From sequence record PZ386947.1: a stretch of DNA of 64,000 bases; one strand, 5' to 3'. Below the pieces are notes generated by a model. That model saw only the letters and a program-made list of their open reading frames with translations. It was not told the DNA's origin and did not search any database. Made by a program: the position numbers and the translations under genes. Shown here piece after piece: positions 58,161 to 64,000 of this stretch. Numbering within the stretch: the first letter of the stretch is position 1; each line of letters begins with the position of its first letter. Origin of the DNA: a phage.

Positions 58161-58463
58161 CTAAAAGAAACTTCTTTCACAATTTTTTCCACTGAACCAC
58201 GCACTCACTGCTTTCTTAGTCTCAGGAGCAGTGTTATCCATAAACCATTCAAAGGCAGCCTTTTTATGATTCTGGAGGTCTTCTCGGGCTTTAATCTGCT
58301 CACGGTCTATTAACACTAACATATGAGCCTTTCTTGTCACCATGGGCTTCTTATGATTTTTTGAATACTCCCAGTCATTTGTCCATCGCATTGTCGTTGC
58401 GAATTGAAATACAGCTTCTTTAATTTTAGTTTCGTAAATTTCACGAGCCTTTGAGTATAACAT
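58161..58463 (-). CDS. hypothetical protein (100 aa)
   Basis: ATG 58461-58463 five nt after GGAGG; track start 12 nt upstream. Confidence 0.45.
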   Translation of the reverse strand: MLYSKAREIYETKIKEAVFQFATTMRWTNDWEYSKNHKKPMVTRKAHMLVLIDREQIKAREDLQNHKKAAFEWFMDNTAPETKKAVSAWFSGKNCERSFF

Positions 58464-58564
58464 CATTACCTCCATTTACCAGTTTAATTCTAGTCATCTT
58501 TTTGATGGCAGTCCATATAATCTATTTCTGAACTGCCTTTTTATCTTAGAAGGCCTCTTATGAA

Positions 58565-59533
58565 TTATTTCAGAAGAGTAACCTCAGCGATTTCTTCCCA
58601 ACCGTTTTTGTCGGTCATAATAAAGTCAGCAAGATAAAGAGCAGTACGCAGTGAAACATTGCGTAAACGATTAACATTGACTTTCATCCATGATAATGCT
58701 TTATAAGTTTCTTCATCAGAAAGACCGCGCTTTTGCATCATGTCAGTTGAAAGAATAACATCTTCAACCCTGACCATAATTTCTTCATTAGTGTGAACAC
58801 CCAAATCTAAATAAACTGAGCGGGACACTAATGCTTGTAAATGTGGAGCAAGTTTAGTACCACGGTCTAATTCGCGGTCAATATCAACGTTTGTGATAAA
58901 AACAATCGTTCCTTTAAATTCAAACTCACGCTCAATGCCTTTTTCTTCTAAGTAAGAAGATGCAGTGCTCCAGCAGACTTTACGGGTCTCTCCGGTGTCC
59001 AGAGCAGCTTTCAGAAGATTAAGAATGTCCATATCAGAGAAAACATCCACATCATCAATCAAAAGGACAGAATTCTCTTCACGATTATTCCAAAGCTGTT
59101 CATAAAGACCGATACCAGAGATTTTACCATTAATGCTTTTATACTCAATGTATCCAATATCATTTGCTTTATTTAAAGCTTTATCTAAAGAATACGTTTT
59201 ACCAATACCTGCTGCTCCCGAGATAATTAATGAACGAATGTTTCCGTTAATAATACCATTCGTCATCATTCCCATAACATTAAATCTTTTATTAATGCGG
59301 GTTTTCATATCTTCATACGATTCTTTAACTTCTTCAACTTTTACACCATCATATGAAATGTCTGATTTGTAAACCCAAACACCGCGACGTTTACCGTCAA
59401 TTTCAACAAAAACTTTACCATCTCCTTGTGCATCTACCGGAGCATTATCTGGGAACCATTCGCCTAAGAGCTCAAAAGTTCCAGAGATTTCTTTACCGAA
59501 GTAGATACCCTTATTGATAGTTACAGTTTTCAT
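58565..59533 (-). CDS. P-loop / AAA-type ATPase (322 aa)
   Basis: Walker A GAAGIGKT, Walker B VLLIDDVD; ATG 59531-59533 after SD GGAGAACAAA. Confidence 0.55.
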   Translation of the reverse strand: MKTVTINKGIYFGKEISGTFELLGEWFPDNAPVDAQGDGKVFVEIDGKRRGVWVYKSDISYDGVKVEEVKESYEDMKTRINKRFNVMGMMTNGIINGNIRSLIISGAAGIGKTYSLDKALNKANDIGYIEYKSINGKISGIGLYEQLWNNREENSVLLIDDVDVFSDMDILNLLKAALDTGETRKVCWSTASSYLEEKGIEREFEFKGTIVFITNVDIDRELDRGTKLAPHLQALVSRSVYLDLGVHTNEEIMVRVEDVILSTDMMQKRGLSDEETYKALSWMKVNVNRLRNVSLRTALYLADFIMTDKNGWEEIAEVTLLK

Positions 59534-59569
59534 TTTGTTCTCCAATTTCACATTTGTTTTGATAGGGTA

Positions 59570-59599
59570 ATAATATCACACTACTACCCTGCTGTAAAC
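59570..59599 (-). promoter_or_regulatory. T4-type early promoter
   Basis: GTTTAC, 18 nt, TATTAT. Confidence 0.45.
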
Positions 59600-59602
59600 A
59601 AT

Positions 59603-59866
59603 TTATTTTAATGTTTGCCAAATTTTTACTGCTTCACGACGAGATACTTCTACAGCTCCAAGTTCTACAGCTTTTTGGCGTCGCCGAGCGTGTAAGTCAT
59701 AATGTTTAATGCGTTTATCTTGAAACCAAGAACGTTTCATTCCTATTGCTTCTGCCATTTCATGAAGCTCTTCAATATCTCCATCAGTGAACATATGACA
59801 ATTTTTAGTTGGATGACCGCGAAGTTTCCATCCATGATTCATTAAAACATCTACGTAAACTGTCAT
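59603..59866 (-). CDS. DUF4031-like hypothetical protein (87 aa)
   Basis: ORF track; ATGA overlap with upstream ORF; motif pattern recalled from DUF4031 family. Confidence 0.45.
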   Translation of the reverse strand: MTVYVDVLMNHGWKLRGHPTKNCHMFTDGDIEELHEMAEAIGMKRSWFQDKRIKHYDLHARRRQKAVELGAVEVSRREAVKIWQTLK

Positions 59867-60012
59867 TGATTCTTCTCCAAATAAGTTTCGATAATTTTCT
59901 GAGCGAGATAAACTGCATTATCTTCAGTTGCATCTTCTAAGAAACTTTCAAAACACTCTGAAATTTCTTCTGTGTCAATCAACTTTTTTACTTCAATTGG
60001 TGTAATTTTCAT
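59863..60012 (-). CDS. small hypothetical protein (49 aa)
   Basis: ATG 60010-60012; track ORF reads through promoter/leader. Confidence 0.35.
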   Translation of the reverse strand: MKITPIEVKKLIDTEEISECFESFLEDATEDNAVYLAQKIIETYLEKNQ

Positions 60013-60049
60013 TTTGTTTTTCCGTTTAAGTGTTTGTTTTGATAGTTGT

Positions 60050-60079
60050 ATAGTACCATAAAGCTTTATGCTTGTAAAC
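60050..60079 (-). promoter_or_regulatory. T4-type early promoter
   Basis: GTTTAC, 18 nt, TGG TACTAT. Confidence 0.5.
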
Positions 60080-60109
60080 AATTTTGTGAAAAATTTTTGA
60101 AATAAAAAA

Positions 60110-60127
60110 GGGAGCCCGAAGGCTCCC
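60110..60127 (-). terminator. intrinsic terminator (7-bp stem, UUCG loop, U-run)
   Basis: gggagcc cgaa ggctccc preceded on plus strand by A-run. Confidence 0.55.
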
Positions 60128-60129
60128 TA

Positions 60130-61140
60130 TCATTTATAATAACTTCGGTGGTTTTCAAGATAAACCCTCTCAAGGAAGTCATCCCAAAAACCCATGTCTA
60201 CTTTTTGCTGCATACCGTTCTTAGAAGCTTCAGTAGATGCTGCTTCTACTTGATCGACCACATCTTCCAAAAACTCTTGAACCGTTTTAAATGGATGTTT
60301 ACCCAACTTCACGTCGAGAATAAATGGAGCATCTTGGAGTGGATAAACCAAGTCACCAGTTTTGTAAATTTCCAATAGTTGGAGTCCACCACGGCAAGCA
60401 TGACTCATAGCTTTCCAGTCAATACCTTCATTGGCTTCGGCCTTACGAGCACGTTCACCGTATTCAGCATCTAATTTGTTCAGTGACTGCTTAAGCTCAA
60501 TAAGAGAAAGCGTTGTCTGATATTTACGACCCAACACTGTGTAAAACGTCTGTGGGCCTGTTTTCTCATGATTATGGAACACCCATTCACAGAATTCGTT
60601 TTCTGGAAGACGATGCTTAATATCTTCAACTTTAGTACGACGCTGCTTAATGGAACCGTCTTCTTGGTAATCAACCCATTGCTCAGGGATTTGATTAACT
60701 ACTTTCAATACATCGCGTAATGCAGCCAAACGAGAACCCTTAACGCCGTATTTAGAAGCTTGCTTACGGACATATCCTAAATAGGATTTCATGTTAGTCG
60801 TATAAAAACGAGAACGGTTGTCTTGAATAAACTTCCACACATCAGGCAAATCAGATTTAACCACTAACTCAGGTGGAGTGTGAAGCATATCTAACGCTAC
60901 AGTTTCACCATCTGCTGCTAATTTAAAGAAATATTTAAGACTATACAATTCGTGGTCAATATCATCTTTAGTGTTTTTAGATGATGTGTTGTTAGTGTTT
61001 TTACTCATATGCTCTTTAACATTTCCGATAAGAATATCGCGAGCAGGAGGAACAAAAATTTCTTTAAAATCTACATCAGATTCTGGAGTAGAAGTTCCAT
61101 AAAGATGACTACCAAAATAAGACTTAACTACAGTTTTCAT
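60130..61140 (-). CDS. Pol-beta-superfamily nucleotidyltransferase-like protein (336 aa)
   Basis: N-terminal motif GS-x11-DVD (YFGSHLYGTSTPESDVDF); ATG 61138-61140 with SD AAAGGTC; track start TTG upstream. Confidence 0.5.
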   Translation of the reverse strand: MKTVVKSYFGSHLYGTSTPESDVDFKEIFVPPARDILIGNVKEHMSKNTNNTSSKNTKDDIDHELYSLKYFFKLAADGETVALDMLHTPPELVVKSDLPDVWKFIQDNRSRFYTTNMKSYLGYVRKQASKYGVKGSRLAALRDVLKVVNQIPEQWVDYQEDGSIKQRRTKVEDIKHRLPENEFCEWVFHNHEKTGPQTFYTVLGRKYQTTLSLIELKQSLNKLDAEYGERARKAEANEGIDWKAMSHACRGGLQLLEIYKTGDLVYPLQDAPFILDVKLGKHPFKTVQEFLEDVVDQVEAASTEASKNGMQQKVDMGFWDDFLERVYLENHRSYYK

Positions 61141-61903
61141 TATTAGACCTTTCATAATCTTCATTAAATTGTACAATCAATCGATGATAATTAGATTTTG
61201 GATATCCTAATTTACTTATATAAGTTCCGAATGACCCACGTTTAGGTCTATTTAATTTAATCCATAACTTATAAAGTAAGTCATAGTCTTGCCAATGTTT
61301 ACCAGTTCTTTGTCTAATTTTAGATGAATTTGATTGTTTCTTTTTAGTTTCAAAATTATTCAAAGATTTTTTGACTGCAGCAGAGTGTTTTTCTTTAACT
61401 CCCGGTCGTTTAAAAGCAGCTTTCACCCCTTTAGATATTTTTTCTTTAACTTCCGGTTTGTTTTGTGCTTCTAACTGGGATTCTGAAATTTTAGCCCTTA
61501 TTTCAGGAAGACTTAATGTTATCGAACGTTTTTCTCTGTATTCATTAGACTTCCACATTTCTTTCATTGTATTAGAATGTATTTTTGAAAATTTTTCTCT
61601 AACTAACTGATATCCTCTTGAAGTTAATTTGAGATTTCTTCCTAAAGAATCTTCTCCAAAATTATAAAATGACCACCATGCATAAATTAATCCAGGCGAA
61701 TTATAATGAATTTTAGCTAAAAGCCAATGGGCTATAAAATGCTCTCTAGCTGTTAATAAAACTAGATTATCAGAATCATCATTACCACCAATACAAGATG
61801 GAATAATATGATGCTTTTCCGTATAAAAATTTAATTTAGATTTATCTAATTTTCTGAGTTTTCCTTTCTTAATTAAATTATTATATACTTTAGTATAATT
61901 CAT
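61124..61903 (-). CDS. HNH homing endonuclease-like protein (259 aa), mobD-like position
   Basis: HNH motif EKHHIIPS...NLVLL...HFIAHWLL; lysine-rich NUMOD3-like C-terminal repeats; 3' end overlaps NTase start by 17 nt. Confidence 0.55.
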   Translation of the reverse strand: MNYTKVYNNLIKKGKLRKLDKSKLNFYTEKHHIIPSCIGGNDDSDNLVLLTAREHFIAHWLLAKIHYNSPGLIYAWWSFYNFGEDSLGRNLKLTSRGYQLVREKFSKIHSNTMKEMWKSNEYREKRSITLSLPEIRAKISESQLEAQNKPEVKEKISKGVKAAFKRPGVKEKHSAAVKKSLNNFETKKKQSNSSKIRQRTGKHWQDYDLLYKLWIKLNRPKRGSFGTYISKLGYPKSNYHRLIVQFNEDYERSNNENCS

Positions 61904-61977
61904 TGGTTTTTCGTCTCATTTAATTTTGCTTTGCATTTATAACACATGTCTGTTCCACTTGAAATAAACATATTTCC

Positions 61978-62535
61978 TCACTTTGAAATCATAGTTGGAA
62001 TGACAGAATCAAGATAAGTCTTTAGTGCAATAGCTTCGTCTTTGGTAAATGTGACAATATGTGCTCGAAAATCATCAATTTGACGAATAGTTAAGACATC
62101 TCCATCTTCATAACATTTTGATACGTTTAAAACAGTTTCATCATTCTGATTGCAAGCGTTAGTAATAATAGCATTGCAATTTTTAAACCATTTTAAACTA
62201 TGTTTTCTTTCATTAGAATAATAAAAATATTTAATCTTATCTATAAAACTATCCCAATGGATAACTGATAAACACATTGACTCACTTTTAATATTAAATC
62301 CTGGGCATGAAGAATAAAAATGAATTTTGTGCTCATCATTGATGCTTACTATTTTATCAGTATAAGGATATTCAATTTGGGTTAAATGAATGATTTCACT
62401 AGGCGTAAAATATAGCATATCGTCTTCTTGTGTCAAACGATACATATTATTTACTTTTTCTATAGCTAATTCACCAAAAAGCGGACTAACTTCTAATACT
62501 AATCGTTTCATATTGATTCTCTTCGACTCACTCAC
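61978..62535 (-). CDS. hypothetical protein (185 aa, GTG start; alternative ATG at 62511)
   Basis: ORF track; SD AAGGAG 9 nt before GTG. Confidence 0.45.
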   Translation of the reverse strand: MSESKRINMKRLVLEVSPLFGELAIEKVNNMYRLTQEDDMLYFTPSEIIHLTQIEYPYTDKIVSINDEHKIHFYSSCPGFNIKSESMCLSVIHWDSFIDKIKYFYYSNERKHSLKWFKNCNAIITNACNQNDETVLNVSKCYEDGDVLTIRQIDDFRAHIVTFTKDEAIALKTYLDSVIPTMISK

Positions 62536-62537
62536 AA

Positions 62538-62642
62538 TTACATACTCCTTTGAATAATATCAATAATGTTGTTCACCAGATTATAAGTAAACATTGGATA
62601 ATTATATTGAATCATCACATACACAACAAACAAAACTTTCAT
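62538..62642 (-). CDS. small hydrophobic protein (34 aa)
   Basis: ATG 62640-62642 after SD AAGGAGAAGAGA; own early promoter; below track cutoff. Confidence 0.35.
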   Translation of the reverse strand: MKVLFVVYVMIQYNYPMFTYNLVNNIIDIIQRSM

Positions 62643-62670
62643 TCTCTTCTCCTTGGAAGTTGACAAGATT

Positions 62671-62700
62671 ACTATACCATAACCTTGCCAACTTGTAAAC
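62671..62700 (-). promoter_or_regulatory. T4-type early promoter
   Basis: GTTTAC, 18 nt, TGG TATAGT. Confidence 0.5.
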
Positions 62701-62702
62701 CA

Positions 62703-62876
62703 TTAAATGGCGTTTTCAATAAAATTCTGAAGCTTTGTGTGAGCATCAACCATGATTTTCATTTCTTCTTTGGCGAAAGCTGTACCTCTTTCCCGAGAAG
62801 AACATTCATAGTCAGAAACTGCATTAGCATATTCTTCAATTAGTTTCATTAAAAACATCTGCTTTTCAGTTTTCAT
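62703..62876 (-). CDS. small hypothetical protein (57 aa)
   Basis: ATG 62874-62876 after SD AGGTGGAATA; below track cutoff. Confidence 0.35.
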   Translation of the reverse strand: MKTEKQMFLMKLIEEYANAVSDYECSSRERGTAFAKEEMKIMVDAHTKLQNFIENAI

Positions 62877-63060
62877 TATTCCACCTAATCATTTCAAGAT
62901 ATTGAACTAACTTAGCTTTAGATTTATCCAAATCCTTTTTAGCTGCTTCTATACCATCGTATGAATATCCTTCACAATGCTCAACTGCTAATTGATATGA
63001 ATCTATTTCAATATCACGTGCTAATTTAATGATTTTTTCAAACTGTTCGCGTGTTAGCAT
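62866..63060 (-). CDS. hypothetical protein (64 aa)
   Basis: ORF track; SD GAGAGTGTAAGT. Confidence 0.45.
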   Translation of the reverse strand: MLTREQFEKIIKLARDIEIDSYQLAVEHCEGYSYDGIEAAKKDLDKSKAKLVQYLEMIRWNNEN

Positions 63061-63062
63061 AC

Positions 63063-63266
63063 TTACACTCTCGTATTATGATCGATAATTTCATCAAGAA
63101 ACATATCTAACGCTTCTATAGCATTATCCACTTTAGTTTCAAAGTCTTTAATGCCTTTATTCGAAATACCCGATGAATACCAAGCAAAGTCAATCAGCTC
63201 TTCATCTGCTTTACGAATTGAAGCCACTAATTCCTTGATTTTATCTGCTTGCTCTATACTAATCAT
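63063..63266 (-). CDS. hypothetical protein (67 aa)
   Basis: ATG 63264-63266 overlapping upstream stop; track start is an upstream extension. Confidence 0.4.
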   Translation of the reverse strand: MISIEQADKIKELVASIRKADEELIDFAWYSSGISNKGIKDFETKVDNAIEALDMFLDEIIDHNTRV

Positions 63267-63454
63267 TATTCCACCACATATGACAGAGAGAATATTGCAC
63301 ACGCCATGTGAGTTGCAACTTCATCACACATATCATAACGTTTCTTAAGAAGTTCTACAAGTTCTTCACTAGTGACTTCATCCATGTCGACGAAAAAATC
63401 ACCATTAATGATGACATAGATATTTCCTTCTTGATTAAGTGCTTCAATTTTCAT
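63266..63454 (-). CDS. hypothetical acidic protein (62 aa)
   Basis: ATG 63452-63454 after SD AAAGAGGAGAACATC; track ORF reads through promoter. Confidence 0.4.
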   Translation of the reverse strand: MKIEALNQEGNIYVIINGDFFVDMDEVTSEELVELLKKRYDMCDEVATHMACAIFSLSYVVE

Positions 63455-63482
63455 GATGTTCTCCTCTTTATCCGATGGTTGT

Positions 63483-63512
63483 ATAGTACCACAGCTCAAA
63501 CGGAAAGTAAAC
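63483..63512 (-). promoter_or_regulatory. T4-type early promoter
   Basis: GTTTAC, 18 nt, TGG TACTAT. Confidence 0.5.
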
Positions 63513-63527
63513 CGGTAAAATGAAAAA

Positions 63528-63545
63528 AGTCTCCCGAAGGAGACT
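63528..63545 (-). terminator. intrinsic terminator (7-bp stem, UUCG loop, U-run)
   Basis: agtctcc cgaa ggagact preceded on plus strand by A-run. Confidence 0.55.
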
Positions 63546-63549
63546 AATG

Positions 63550-63936
63550 TTATTCGAGGGAAAGAAGATACTTACTCTGGTAAAACATTCCAGTAATATC
63601 ATCTATCGTGCTTTGGATGGCTGGAGGCATTTCTTTATAAATGCTGTTAGATTGGTCTAGTATGTGATCAATCATTCTAATTGTGTCGGTAGGAAGTTTA
63701 CTAGCATCTGGAATTGAAGGTGTGTATTTTCTACCAGAATACCCCAAATATTGCTCACCAAATTTATCAATCAAATCTGGCAACTCGGAGAAAATAAAAT
63801 CGTATGCTTTGTGTCTAGCATAACTTTTAGTTTCAAAATGTGCAGAATGAAAATAAGCTTGTGCAGCCATTAATAAACCTAAGTATTCATCTGCCTTTGA
63901 AGGTTTTCCACTTTGTGAAAAGTCGCTGAATTTCAT
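63550..63936 (-). CDS. hypothetical protein (128 aa)
   Basis: ORF track; SD TTGGAGACTGA. Confidence 0.5.
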   Translation of the reverse strand: MKFSDFSQSGKPSKADEYLGLLMAAQAYFHSAHFETKSYARHKAYDFIFSELPDLIDKFGEQYLGYSGRKYTPSIPDASKLPTDTIRMIDHILDQSNSIYKEMPPAIQSTIDDITGMFYQSKYLLSLE

Positions 63937-64000
63937 TCAGTCTCCAATTTAATGTTCATAATTCTAGCGTATGATTGTGCCATCTCCGCGCCTCGCTCTA

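Noticed and set aside
1-64000. tRNA, rRNA, integrase, transposase or IS elements
   Set aside because: None recognised. The only mobile-element-like genes are the two freestanding HNH endonuclease ORFs.

Overview
The window is a T4-like (T-even, Tequatrovirus-type) myovirus early / DNA-metabolism region, collinear with phage T4 from motA-52-ndd-denB-rIIB-rIIA through 39, dexA, dda, modA/modB, soc, 56, 61, dmd, 41, 40, uvsX, 42, imm, 43, regA-62-44-45, 46/47, agt, 55, nrdH-nrdG-nrdD, 49, nrdC and into the nrdC-mobD hyperplastic region. Many products match T4 proteins in length and, as far as I can recall them, in sequence (e.g. gp43 898 aa, rIIA 725 aa, Dda 439 aa, gp41 475 aa). All but one of the coding features are on the minus strand and tightly packed, with frequent ATGA / TAATG start-stop overlaps. 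The six-frame track accepts GTG/TTG starts, so many starts were trimmed to the first SD-supported ATG (or GTG). Non-coding signals are those expected of T4: about 19 early promoters (GTTTAC, 18-nt spacer, TGn plus -10), four MotA-box middle promoters, one TATAAATA late promoter upstream of soc, and about 15 GC-rich hairpins, most with UUCG tetraloops on the transcript. Differences from T4 as I remember it: gene 39 is unsplit (605 aa, no mobA or gene 60 bypass); the beta-gt slot holds a 280-aa T2/T6-type beta-alpha-glucosyltransferase-like gene; nrdD has no intron; no segF or dam is seen between soc, 56 and 61; and an HNH homing-endonuclease gene sits between 46 and 47. No rRNA, tRNA, CRISPR array, integrase or transposase was recognised. 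I found no clearly new multi-gene system; the best candidates for undescribed biology are the uncharacterised accessory genes listed in the findings. All homology statements are from memory and sequence motifs, not database searches.
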